DNA from: a virus
Taxonomy: Duplodnaviria; Heunggongvirae; Uroviricota; Caudoviricetes
IMG/VR virus record: IMGVR_UViG_2571042206_000004
Direction: 5' to 3' (one strand)
Length of the DNA stretch: 64,000 bases
Below are positions 35,434-44,286 of this stretch, piece by piece. The position numbers and the translations under genes are program-made. Under the pieces are notes generated by a model. The model saw only the letters and a list, made by a program, of their open reading frames with translations, had not been told where the DNA came from and did not search any database. How positions within the stretch are numbered: the stretch's first letter is position 1; every line of letters begins with the position of its first letter.

Positions 35434-35838
35434 ATGTTAAAAATAGATCTGAACAATGAGCCTGTGGTGACTCGAATGCTTCAGATCAGATTAGACGTAC
35501 TCGCTGCCGCAAGACAACTTGCTACCGCGTATTTGAACGTATTTAAAGCTGAATACTCGATGATTCAAAATCATCGAGATAACGCTATTATCGTTGAAAT
35601 AAGCGCTAAAACTGACTTAGAAACGTCACCAATTGTTCGCATAAGATATGACGACAGGGGCACAACAATCACGGTGCATGTGCCTCCTGCGTATAATGCG
35701 GTTATACAACTCGAAGCGGATGACTACAACTTCTTTTCTTGGTGGGTAAACCGCATTTTTACAGAAGATGAATTTGTCAGAGCCAATAAAGATTTTTGGC
35801 TCAGAAGCGGGCGCATCCAGAAAAATACACTATTCTAG
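35434..35838 (+). CDS. Hypothetical protein
   Basis: 134 aa ORF following in the operon. Confidence 0.65.
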   Translation: MLKIDLNNEPVVTRMLQIRLDVLAAARQLATAYLNVFKAEYSMIQNHRDNAIIVEISAKTDLETSPIVRIRYDDRGTTITVHVPPAYNAVIQLEADDYNFFSWWVNRIFTEDEFVRANKDFWLRSGRIQKNTLF

Positions 35839-35949
35839 GACTATTTTGGCAATTCTATTATTATTTAGTATTTACTATTAATCATTTCTCAAAAATACAT
35901 TAAAATATTGAACTTACTCCTATAATTCATTCTGCATCTGTAGTCTTAC

Positions 35950-35980
35950 AAGGCCCTGATTATCTCAGGGCCTTTTCTTT
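35950..35980 (+). terminator. Intrinsic terminator
   Basis: AAGGCCCTGA-TTATC-TCAGGGCCTT then TTCTTT. Confidence 0.75.
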
Positions 35981-35984
35981 GCAT

Positions 35985-36009
35985 AAAAAAGCCGCCCAAA
36001 GGCGACTTT
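35985..36009 (-). terminator. Intrinsic terminator of the par operon
   Basis: A-tract then GCCGCC-CAAA-GGCGAC, just past the partner gene stop. Confidence 0.6.
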
Positions 36010-36023
36010 CTCAAATGGCTTTC

Positions 36024-36440
36024 TTAGACCTTGTAACCCATTTTTTTGAGAGTCTTTTCTGTACTCTCCATTAGAGCTTTAGTCACAATCTGCGTCATGT
36101 CAAGTTTTTTTGGACTATTTAACTGCTCAATAGCAACAATAAAGTTGAGTCTTAAATATAATTCCATCGGAAGGTTTGCTGAAAACTTCTTGGTTGCAAG
36201 CATCAACTCTTCTTCAGACATTGTGGACTTTTTACGCCACGGTGCTGCGTCGTTTAGAAAGTTAGTCGCTTCAGTTGCTTTTTGTTGAACTTCAACCACT
36301 TCAGCTTCAGGTTCTTCTACTTGCGGAGCTTCAACTTTTGGCGCTAAAGGTTGAGCTGCTACAGGAGCGGAATTTAAGATAGACTCTTTAGCTTCGCGTG
36401 CTGCACGCTGAGGCAATGGTGCATTTTTATCGTTTGCCAT
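36024..36440 (-). CDS. ParA partner (type Ib centromere-binding protein, RHH-like)
   Basis: Flexible N-terminus, C-terminal KKFSANLPMELYLRL...MTQIVTKAL ribbon-helix-helix pattern; overlaps the parA end. Confidence 0.65.
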   Translation of the reverse strand: MANDKNAPLPQRAAREAKESILNSAPVAAQPLAPKVEAPQVEEPEAEVVEVQQKATEATNFLNDAAPWRKKSTMSEEELMLATKKFSANLPMELYLRLNFIVAIEQLNSPKKLDMTQIVTKALMESTEKTLKKMGYKV

Positions 36441-37104
36441 TTTCAATGATCTCCTCAAGTAACTGTTCAAATTCTTTAATTGCAACTCGATTGTTTACGT
36501 CCATTTCCATTTCAGTAATGCCGACGTTGTTTCGATAAGCGCGGCTATATGGCATACGTAAACGCATAATTGTTTGAAGACGTGGGGCTTCGTTTTGAAT
36601 CGCTTCAAGTGCTTTAATGGTGTCGCGTAAATCAACTGAATTATCGGCCGCAGGAGCTTGGGTAATAACAGGATGCACGACAATTGGGTTCTCGCCAGCC
36701 GGTTTGCGAACAGTGTCATTGATCAAATCAACTAAATCCAAAAGCGTATAAAGCCCTTTGAGATCTTGAGCTCCAACTTTAAGAGGCGAAACAATAACGT
36801 CCGCAGCTAAAAGAGCCGAGCGCATTTCGGCAGAGTCATATCCCGGCGTGTCAATTACGACGTAATCATATTCTTCATTTAAGCGACGAGCTTCGTCTTC
36901 GATATTGCCTGTTAAATGAAAAAATTTACCGTTTTCTACTTCGTTTTCGGCTTCTCGTGCTTGGCTCCATTCGAAAGAGCCTTTGTTGGCATCTAGGTCA
37001 ATACCGATAACAGTGTTACCTCTTTGGTGCAGCGCGGCCACAGTAGATGTGGCAAGAGTTGTTTTGCTCACGCCGCCTTTTGTATTGGCGTACACGATAA
37101 TCAT
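36427..37104 (-). CDS. parA: ParA-family partition ATPase (short, no N-terminal HTH)
   Basis: KGGVSKTT deviant Walker A, IDLD, YDYVVIDTPG. Confidence 0.9.
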   Translation of the reverse strand: MIIVYANTKGGVSKTTLATSTVAALHQRGNTVIGIDLDANKGSFEWSQAREAENEVENGKFFHLTGNIEDEARRLNEEYDYVVIDTPGYDSAEMRSALLAADVIVSPLKVGAQDLKGLYTLLDLVDLINDTVRKPAGENPIVVHPVITQAPAADNSVDLRDTIKALEAIQNEAPRLQTIMRLRMPYSRAYRNNVGITEMEMDVNNRVAIKEFEQLLEEIIENGKR

Positions 37105-37251
37105 CAAAATTTCCTTAGTTAAGTTGGCATAAACGCCTATAAAACAGAATCATTCTAGTGAATTGAATAGAAGTTGTAAACTAGAAGCGCTGTAAGACGT
37201 GATGCTAAGTTGTAAATAAGACCATAAAGATAGTATTTAAAATACATATTG

Positions 37252-37303
37252 GTATTACCGTATTATCATATGACTATACACACACATGGTAATACGGTAA
37301 TAC
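37252..37303. repeat. 18 bp inverted repeat built of GTATTACC units (candidate centromere/par operator)
   Basis: GTATTACCGTATTATCAT-16 bp-ATGGTAATACGGTAATAC, one mismatch; upstream of parA. Confidence 0.6.
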
Positions 37304-37305
37304 GC

Positions 37306-37893
37306 TTAGTCGTTTAATTTCTCGGCTATACTGCGGAGCAATTCCGGATCCGATGCAAAATATTTTTGCGTGGTCAGGATTGAGCTATGCCCCATCAATT
37401 GTTGAATTGAATAAATATCACCGCCCTTTCTTATTAGCCTTGTGGCAAAGGAACGTCGACCGGAATGGCTGGTTGCTTGAATACCAGCCTTCTTATAACA
37501 GTTATTAATCATGGTCACCATGCTATTTGGTGAGAATGGACCGCCCTTCTGCGATAAAAATAAAGGTGCGTCTGGATCCTTTGGTCTTTCTTTTGTTATG
37601 TATTCTTCTACCAGTGATCTAGCGATTGGATTGACCAGGAATACCTCTCGGTAGCGGTTGCCTTTAGTAATATTACCGAGCAATCGAATAATATCCTTCA
37701 GCTTACCCTTCTTCACATCGTAAACATCGCCGACCTTTAACATTGATAATTCTTTAGCGCGAAGCCCAAGGAAGTGTGAGAAATACAAAACACATTTGTT
37801 CCGTAATGCATTTACGCCCGTTTGAGTGGCTAAAGTAATCTCAAGATCATCTTCTGACACATATGGGGCTTTTCCAGTTGTTGTTCTTGCCAT
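37306..37893 (-). CDS. Tyrosine recombinase (catalytic domain only; probable dimer resolvase)
   Basis: GLRAKE, K, HSGRRSF, LMGH, TTQKY catalytic set; about 195 aa with no arm-binding domain. Confidence 0.9.
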   Translation of the reverse strand: MARTTTGKAPYVSEDDLEITLATQTGVNALRNKCVLYFSHFLGLRAKELSMLKVGDVYDVKKGKLKDIIRLLGNITKGNRYREVFLVNPIARSLVEEYITKERPKDPDAPLFLSQKGGPFSPNSMVTMINNCYKKAGIQATSHSGRRSFATRLIRKGGDIYSIQQLMGHSSILTTQKYFASDPELLRSIAEKLND

Positions 37894-37910
37894 AAATCGA
37901 CCAAATAATT

Positions 37911-38010
37911 TTTTATTACATTTTTCCAAAAACGGAAAGGATATAAAAACAGTCTACCACATGTCGAAAAATAAAAAATGTAATAAAAGATACATTTTAT
38001 TATATTTTTT
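37911..38010. promoter_or_regulatory. Candidate recombinase site: 16-6-16 inverted repeat plus a half-site
   Basis: AAAAAATGTAATAAAA-GATACA-TTTTATTATATTTTTT (37973-38010); extra half-site TTTTATTACATTTTT at 37911-37925. Confidence 0.45.
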
Positions 38011-38146
38011 GGGGGTGCAAAAAGGCAGGGCGTCATATCCTGTCGTATACGTACTTTTCTATTAAGAGTGGTATTTCAAAGTTTGATTTAAATTGGTAAT
38101 CTATACCAATCTTGATTTTGTAACGTTTTCAAGTTTAGGAGGAGCT

Positions 38147-38236
38147 ATGAAAGAAAAATTTAAAAACAGTAATTTAAAGGGTATGAATAGCAAAAAGCCC
38201 GAACTTGATCGGGCAGTAAGAATAAAAACAGATTAG
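38147..38236 (+). CDS. Possible 29 aa basic peptide convergent with the repressor (not in ORF track)
   Basis: AGGAGG RBS at 38137-38142; stop overlaps the repressor stop. Confidence 0.3.
   Translation: MKEKFKNSNLKGMNSKKPELDRAVRIKTD
38192..38214 (-). terminator. Intrinsic terminator of the repressor gene
   Basis: AAAAA-GCCCGA-ACTTGA-TCGGGC, 19 bp past the stop on the minus strand. Confidence 0.55.
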
Positions 38237-38652
38237 CTGGCTTTAAGTGTTTCTAGGAAAGCATCAAAGGCTTCTTTCTGTCTTGGGTTATTGAAAAACT
38301 CAAAATTATGGCCAGCGTTTGCTTCGCGAATTTGTTTAATTAAATTCGATTCTGCATCAGTAATAAGAGGTTGCTCAATCATGGCTTCCATTTCTTCAAG
38401 CAGATGAGGCATGTATTCCTCTAGGCAGCGCATGAAGAGGTCTTTAGCATCGATTTTTAAAGCATCGGCCATAGCGCGCACACGTTCAAGAGGTAATTTG
38501 CTTTTACCGCGAACAATGAAGCTAACCATGTTTTGATTGATACCCATGATCTCTGCCAATTGCGACTGATTCAGATCCGATGCATTTAGTTGAGCGTCGA
38601 GATATTGGGCGACAGTTAGTTTGCGTTTGGTGTTAGTAGCTGCTGATTTCAT
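38233..38652 (-). CDS. XRE-family HTH regulator, probable prophage repressor
   Basis: LNQSQLAEIMGINQNMVSFIVRGKSKLP HTH; divergent from an operator-rich intergenic region. Confidence 0.85.
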   Translation of the reverse strand: MKSAATNTKRKLTVAQYLDAQLNASDLNQSQLAEIMGINQNMVSFIVRGKSKLPLERVRAMADALKIDAKDLFMRCLEEYMPHLLEEMEAMIEQPLITDAESNLIKQIREANAGHNFEFFNNPRQKEAFDAFLETLKAS

Positions 38653-38763
38653 AGTAACGTTTTCCTTAGAATATTCTTAATAGATATAAAGTCATAATGT
38701 CGGAATGTATCCTCGATACAACATTATAGACTTAAAATATTTGCGGTTTAGGTAAATTATATC

Positions 38764-38777
38764 AGTAAGTGCTGATT
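38764..38777. promoter_or_regulatory. 14 bp operator, AGTAA subtype (imperfect)
   Basis: AGTAAGTGCTGATT in the repressor promoter region. Confidence 0.6.
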
Positions 38778-38857
38778 TACCCAAGTTCAAGAAAAGTACA
38801 GATTTGTATAGGATTGGATAACATGACATCGGTCACAATTAACGGAAAAATTTAGTA

Positions 38858-38871
38858 AGTAAGCATTGATT
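38858..38871. promoter_or_regulatory. 14 bp operator, AGTAA subtype (imperfect)
   Basis: AGTAAGCATTGATT. Confidence 0.45.
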
Positions 38872-39073
38872 AATATTTTCTTATTTTTGGGTTAAACTAA
38901 TGGTCAGACTATAGGTGAGTAGATGCTCATTTTAAGTACAGGCAATTTGTTAGCTGATGCAGACAATCATACTATAATGACAACGTATCGACTGATACCA
39001 AGAGGAAGTATAAGCCTCATTCAAGCCAATTATTTGTCAAAAAAGTATGATAGTTAGAGTATAGGAGTAAAAA

Positions 39074-39268
39074 ATGTCGAAAAGTGTTGAAGTTATTACA
39101 CCTGAAACCGTAGCAGATTTCTTGGCAGAGCAGGGTTCTGAACTGATCTTTGAGGGCAATCAAATTAATGTAATTAAAGGAAAAAATGAGGAATGCGGTG
39201 ATTTTCTTGTGATTAACAATGCACTTGGCGAAAATTTGTTTATTAAACTTAGCTATATAGTCTTATGA
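39074..39268 (+). CDS. Hypothetical protein (64 aa)
   Basis: AGGAG RBS; first gene divergent from the repressor. Confidence 0.65.
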   Translation: MSKSVEVITPETVADFLAEQGSELIFEGNQINVIKGKNEECGDFLVINNALGENLFIKLSYIVL

Positions 39269-39297
39269 GTCTACCTAAATAATTAAAAATCCCTCAC

Positions 39298-39348
39298 TTG
39301 ACCCTTCTCTGTGGTTAGTGTCCAAGGTTTGATGCTGACCACGGTCAA
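39298..39348 (+). ncRNA. Candidate structured RNA hairpin
   Basis: 12 bp stem with three G-U pairs plus a 6 bp outer stem and a 7 nt bulge; no U-tract. Confidence 0.35.
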
Positions 39349-39432
39349 AATAAACCCTCTATTAAAACTCAAAATCTCCCCAATTTCACTCTTTATTTTT
39401 CAATAAATATTTTTATAATGCTTTTTAATATT

Positions 39433-39446
39433 AGTAAGCACTTATT
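39433..39446. promoter_or_regulatory. 14 bp operator, AGTAA subtype
   Basis: AGTAAGCACTTATT; TATACT at 39449-39454. Confidence 0.7.
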
Positions 39447-39508
39447 AATATACTGTCAAGTCTGTATATAGACCTCCAATAATGATTTTTTTAGATTGAG
39501 AATTTTCA

Positions 39509-41431
39509 ATGAATGAGCGCATACATATTTTAAGACAAGCAATTGTCGTCGTTACCCAAGCACTGACTAACTCTGATATTGCAGTAACGCAAGAAGGTAT
39601 TGAGGCAGGTGTGCATAAGGATCCAAAGACAGGCAAACCTGTGCGAATTAACCTTCCATATCTTCCGGACAATTCACCAGATTCGCTGATTGATGCGGTT
39701 CAAGGTTTTCTTGATCAAGAGGTAGCGAAGTATCTTTTTACCGATTTTTCTCTCAAGCTAAAAGGATCTGAAGAGGTAAAGACTTTAACTTCATTGTTAG
39801 AAGAAGCGCGTGTAGAACGTTGCATGGCTGAAAAATATCGCGGTTCAAATATCAATATGAAAAATGCGAGCCAATTTTTCATTGATGAATTGATTGACGA
39901 TAAATACCAAAAACTTGTAAAGGAAAAAGCTTCTGATGAAGAAATTACGCAACATTTAATGTTGCCAATGTTACGTGCGTTAAGTGGTCAGGAAGTCTTT
40001 GAACATTACTTAAAAGACAAAATGAAGCATATTAAACCTGTGTGGGACATGCTTACTCCTTTTAAGCCAGAGATTGAAAAATTAAAGTCCACAAAAGACA
40101 CAATGGATTTGGCTCAGCGTATCTATAAGGTACTGAAAGATGAGCCTGAATTGCCAGAACTCCCTGACAGCGAGCATGATGAAGATAGCGACAGCTTACC
40201 AGAGCCAAAATCGCCAGGTAAAAGCGCTGGTGTAGGCAATAGCGAAGATGAGAATGAAGAAGATGATGATGAAGGTGGTTCTCTAGGTGGAGCTGTTGGT
40301 GCCGATGAGGGCGAAGATGAAGAAGGCGAAGGCGGTAGTGGTGGAAAAGCTAAACAACGGCCTAATGCAGTTAAGCATTCACTAGAAAGTGACGATAAGA
40401 AGAGTGCCCCTCCTCGTAGTGAATTTGTGGCCGCAATTCTGGACTCGTTAAAAGACACCGAAAACAACTACAGTGAGCAACTAAGCAAGAAGATTGCACA
40501 ACGCACAGCAGCGGACGTTAAAAAATCTAAATACGCAGTATTTACCAATGAAGGTGATGTCATTGAACCGCTTGAAGTTCCTAAACTTCATTACGATGAC
40601 AAGATGTTTAAACGTCTTGAAGACAAGGTAGCTTCAATGGTTGGTCCTATGCAGAAAGATATGGAGCGGGCAATTCAGGCACGAAGTAAATCTGTATGGG
40701 AAAATGGATTAAAACAAGGAAAATTAAACAGTTCATCTTTAGCACGACTGGCTTCAACTGGTGATTGTCGAATTTTTCGTAAGCGCGTTGAATCAAAAAC
40801 CAAAGACGTTGCTGTGAGCTTGGTCGTCGATATGTCAGGTTCAATGTGCGGTTCTAAAATCCATACTGCCGCTGCTGCGAGTTACGCACTATCAAACGTT
40901 CTGGATCGTCTCAAGATTCCTCATGAAGTGATCTGCTTTACTACTCATACAGACTCAGCCACTTACCACAAGCGTTTAAAGCAAATTCGTGAAGCAGAAA
41001 AAAAATATGGCGTTAGTTATTCACGCTATGAAAACCTTTATATGCCTGTCATTAAAGGCTACAACGAGCGCATTAATACTGAAACAAAACGTCGATTTGG
41101 ATGGCTTCCTCACTCAGGTTTAATGGCGAGTAACATTGATGGCGAATGTGTAGAAATTGCTGCACGTCGTCTAATGGGTCGTAAGGAAGCAGGTAAAATT
41201 ATGATGGTGCTATCTGATGGCTCACCTGCGGGTGGAGGTAACAGTCGAGATCTGGAATATCATTTAAAAGAAGTGGTGAAGAAAATCGAGAAGAGCAAGG
41301 TAGACGTCATTGGTATTGGAATTGAAGATGATTCTGTTCGTAGATTCTATGACAAACATGTGGTGATTCATGACGTTGAGCAATTACCTAGCCTTGTAAT
41401 CTCGCGTTTACGCAGTATGTTGTTAGCTTAG
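39509..41431 (+). CDS. vWA-domain protein (CobT-like)
   Basis: Acidic linker, GKLNSSSL, MIDAS VVDMSGSM, VLSDG.P, IGIGI. Confidence 0.88.
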   Translation: MNERIHILRQAIVVVTQALTNSDIAVTQEGIEAGVHKDPKTGKPVRINLPYLPDNSPDSLIDAVQGFLDQEVAKYLFTDFSLKLKGSEEVKTLTSLLEEARVERCMAEKYRGSNINMKNASQFFIDELIDDKYQKLVKEKASDEEITQHLMLPMLRALSGQEVFEHYLKDKMKHIKPVWDMLTPFKPEIEKLKSTKDTMDLAQRIYKVLKDEPELPELPDSEHDEDSDSLPEPKSPGKSAGVGNSEDENEEDDDEGGSLGGAVGADEGEDEEGEGGSGGKAKQRPNAVKHSLESDDKKSAPPRSEFVAAILDSLKDTENNYSEQLSKKIAQRTAADVKKSKYAVFTNEGDVIEPLEVPKLHYDDKMFKRLEDKVASMVGPMQKDMERAIQARSKSVWENGLKQGKLNSSSLARLASTGDCRIFRKRVESKTKDVAVSLVVDMSGSMCGSKIHTAAAASYALSNVLDRLKIPHEVICFTTHTDSATYHKRLKQIREAEKKYGVSYSRYENLYMPVIKGYNERINTETKRRFGWLPHSGLMASNIDGECVEIAARRLMGRKEAGKIMMVLSDGSPAGGGNSRDLEYHLKEVVKKIEKSKVDVIGIGIEDDSVRRFYDKHVVIHDVEQLPSLVISRLRSMLLA

Positions 41432-41473
41432 AATTTGGGTGGAGATTGCATCATTTGGGTATTATAAAATATT

Positions 41474-41487
41474 AGTAAGCACTTACT
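41474..41487. promoter_or_regulatory. 14 bp operator, AGTAA subtype
   Basis: AGTAAGCACTTACT upstream of the AAA+ gene. Confidence 0.75.
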
Positions 41488-41575
41488 TTATTTTTATGAT
41501 GCAATCTTATAAACTTTCAATATCAGTTAGTGATACTTTTTCATAAATTATCGAATCCGTTTTTGGAGCTTATAA

Positions 41576-42820
41576 ATGTCTAACGATCCTATTATCTGTG
41601 AAATCTGTGGTGGAAAAACTCACGTAATTGCTAAGCATTTAAAAGAAAAACATCCTGAAACTACGTATGAAGAGTACAAGAAACAGTATCCAGATAGCCC
41701 TTTATTGTCGCCTTTAGCGCAGAAAAAGATGCAAGAACAGGCTGAACTGAAAAGAGCTAAAGAAGCAGAGTTAGCAAAGGCGCAACAAGAAAAAGCAACA
41801 GATACTTCAACATCTAAGGAAGAAACAACAGTGTCTACTAATAACCACAATGTAAAGTTAGCGCTTACTAATATTGAGGCAAAACCAAACGATATTGTGG
41901 TGTCTAAACCATTTCATGAAATCTTTGATCTGAAAGGTAAAAGCGCGCTTAGTGGTTCAGGTAAACCGATTCCAATCTCATGCATTGAGAACTCTGCCTT
42001 CCCGGAAATGATTCCAGAAATTAATGATACGTATGTATGGAACGTGAACGAGCTGAAGGATGTCATGATTGCATTGGAGCTAAACATCAACCCTTACGTG
42101 TGGGGACACAAAGGTGCTGGTAAATCAGAAATGTTTGACCAGATCGCAGCTCGAACTGGCCGTCCTCTTGTTCGTATTCAGCACACTTCAAATACAGAAG
42201 AATCTCACATTGTAGGTATGTGGACGGTTAAAAATGGTGAAACCATCTTTGAGCTTGGGCCATTAGCTTTAGCGATGAAGCATGGCTGGATGTATTTGGC
42301 TGACGAATATGATTTCGCGCAACCAAACGTTTTATCTGTATATCAAGCTGTACTAGAAGGTAAACCTTTATATATCAAAGAAGCAGATGCAGCTAACCGT
42401 GTCATCAAACCACATCCAAACTTCCGTTTTGCTGCAACAGGTAACACGAACGGTTCAGGTGATGAAACTGGTCTTTATCAGGGTACTAACTTACAGAACT
42501 CAGCGAACTACGACCGTTTTGGCTCAGTGATCTATAAGAGCTACATGAAGAAAGAAGATGAGTCCTTGATTATCCAGAAACGTGTAGGTTTATGCGCAGA
42601 GGATGCTGACAAGTTAGTGGATTATGCAAACTTGGTACGCGAGCAATATGCAAACTCTAAGATCAGCGACACCATCTCACCACGTTCATTAATCAACGCA
42701 GCAATGATTGGCTTGCGTCGTAACGATTACAAGCACGGTCTCAAATTGGCGTTTACTAACAAGCTCACTCAAGTCGATCAGCAAGTTGCGGAAGACTTGG
42801 CTCAACGAGTGTTCGGTTAA
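41576..42820 (+). CDS. MoxR/CobS-like AAA+ ATPase with N-terminal C2H2 finger
   Basis: CEIC...HLKEKH; GHKGAGKS, LADEYD, HPNFRFAATGN, DRF, SPRSL. Confidence 0.9.
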   Translation: MSNDPIICEICGGKTHVIAKHLKEKHPETTYEEYKKQYPDSPLLSPLAQKKMQEQAELKRAKEAELAKAQQEKATDTSTSKEETTVSTNNHNVKLALTNIEAKPNDIVVSKPFHEIFDLKGKSALSGSGKPIPISCIENSAFPEMIPEINDTYVWNVNELKDVMIALELNINPYVWGHKGAGKSEMFDQIAARTGRPLVRIQHTSNTEESHIVGMWTVKNGETIFELGPLALAMKHGWMYLADEYDFAQPNVLSVYQAVLEGKPLYIKEADAANRVIKPHPNFRFAATGNTNGSGDETGLYQGTNLQNSANYDRFGSVIYKSYMKKEDESLIIQKRVGLCAEDADKLVDYANLVREQYANSKISDTISPRSLINAAMIGLRRNDYKHGLKLAFTNKLTQVDQQVAEDLAQRVFG

Positions 42821-42844
42821 TTCGGACACTTTTGGGGGTGGGCT

Positions 42845-43510
42845 ATGGTAAGAAATCAAGATCAGCTTTTCAGAGATCATGACAAGCTTCTTCGTCATTT
42901 GGCACACCGGAATATTAGCCGACTTACCTCAGTCGGCTATTGCATTGACGTTGAAGAGCTGTATGCCATTTTCTGTGAAGTTTTCGTGGTATCGATTCAG
43001 ACTTGGGATGAAAGCAAAGGCAAATTAACGACTTATTTAACTACTGCTTGCCTCAACATGGTATCGAGATTACTGAAAAAATACCATTTGGGCGATAACA
43101 GAACGGAATACGAGTCCGACATTTTGCATCGTATGGGTGATGGTGAAGATGACTGTGATTATGACGTTTTTGTTGATCACCAGAGCCAAAATATTTTAGG
43201 CCCATATGAGTTGATGCAGACTCTTACAGAAGAAATGCAGCAGCTTTCACCGTTCGCAAAAATTTTACTCAAATTCACCTTAAATCCGCCTGATTTCATT
43301 GAAAGAGAGTTGTTGGCACAAGAAGCCAAATATCAGCTTTCCCTCAATACGCCTGAGAAAAATGAATCGCGGGGACCAAGACGTCGCAAATTGAATCTAA
43401 GTTTTGTGGCTAATTGCATCATGAAAACAGCCGAAACAAACAAAGAAAAACGATTCATTCGTGACGCTGTGAAAGAAGTTGAAGAAGCCGTTACGCGAGT
43501 TGCTATCTAA
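42845..43510 (+). CDS. Sigma70-like protein (region 2 recognisable, region 4 divergent)
   Basis: DVEELYAIFCEVFVVSIQTWDESKGKLTTYLTTACLN matches the sigma region 2 pattern (EDL.Q.....A...FD..KG.KF.TY...). Confidence 0.6.
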   Translation: MVRNQDQLFRDHDKLLRHLAHRNISRLTSVGYCIDVEELYAIFCEVFVVSIQTWDESKGKLTTYLTTACLNMVSRLLKKYHLGDNRTEYESDILHRMGDGEDDCDYDVFVDHQSQNILGPYELMQTLTEEMQQLSPFAKILLKFTLNPPDFIERELLAQEAKYQLSLNTPEKNESRGPRRRKLNLSFVANCIMKTAETNKEKRFIRDAVKEVEEAVTRVAI

Positions 43511-43560
43511 ATCATTTCAACACTTTAAAAGTGTATATAGCGCAAAAGAGAGCGTTTTAA

Positions 43561-44241
43561 ATGAAATCAAACGAAAACGAAAGAATAGATTTTATTGAAG
43601 CAAAGGCTTTTGGTTGTTTTGGTTCAATCTCATGTTTTTCGCGTGATAGCGAATATTGCCAACGATGCCCGGCATTTGAGGCTTGTGAGCAGAAATCATA
43701 TGAAACGCTTAACGCGATCAAGCAGGTTGTTAATGTAAACGATTTACTCAAACAGCATGAAAAAGCTCGGATGGCGCAAGAAGCTAAACGCAGAGCCTTA
43801 CGTGAAGAAATGAATGCAGCCAAAAGTCTTTCTTCGGGTGGGATCCAACCAAAGAAACCGACTCTCGTTGAACGAGCAACCAAGGTAGAGAAAGTCTTTT
43901 TTGAGCCTACACCGGAACAGCAGGAATTAATCGTGAAGCTGCCTGTAAAAGCTCAATCGTTTGCATTGACCTTAGTTAAGAGCGGTTTAGTGACCGAGAT
44001 TAAGGATGGATTGGCCAAAAACGAAAATGCCATGAAAGGAAAAACTCCAGTTTGGCTCAGTCTTGCCGTCGAAAAGCTTCTTTTGGGTGGATATACGCGC
44101 AGTGAACTAAAAAAAGCGTTTATGGAAGAACTCAACTGGAAAGAAAACACTGCACAAAGCCATGTGTCGTTAGCTTTTGTTCTTTTGACCTGTTTTGGGA
44201 TTGCGAAAGAAGAGTCTTCCAAATTGTTAATTTCCAAATGA
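43561..44241 (+). CDS. Hypothetical protein with N-terminal Cys cluster
   Basis: CFG...C...C..C...C zinc-binding-like motif; coiled middle. Confidence 0.7.
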   Translation: MKSNENERIDFIEAKAFGCFGSISCFSRDSEYCQRCPAFEACEQKSYETLNAIKQVVNVNDLLKQHEKARMAQEAKRRALREEMNAAKSLSSGGIQPKKPTLVERATKVEKVFFEPTPEQQELIVKLPVKAQSFALTLVKSGLVTEIKDGLAKNENAMKGKTPVWLSLAVEKLLLGGYTRSELKKAFMEELNWKENTAQSHVSLAFVLLTCFGIAKEESSKLLISK

Positions 44242-44286
44242 TTTTTAATTTAATAGCTGTAAGAGATTAGTTGTATAGGATTCTCT

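Noticed and set aside
36024-36440. Antitoxin of a toxin-antitoxin pair
   Set aside because: It is coupled to parA and has no toxin neighbour; a type Ib partition partner is the simpler reading.
37306-37893. Chromosomal integrase with attP
   Set aside because: Catalytic domain only, with no arm-binding region, next to par genes in an element that has its own replicon; a resolvase role fits better.
39509-42820. Cobalamin biosynthesis genes
   Set aside because: Only the generic vWA and AAA+ domains are present; no cobN or other pathway gene in the window.
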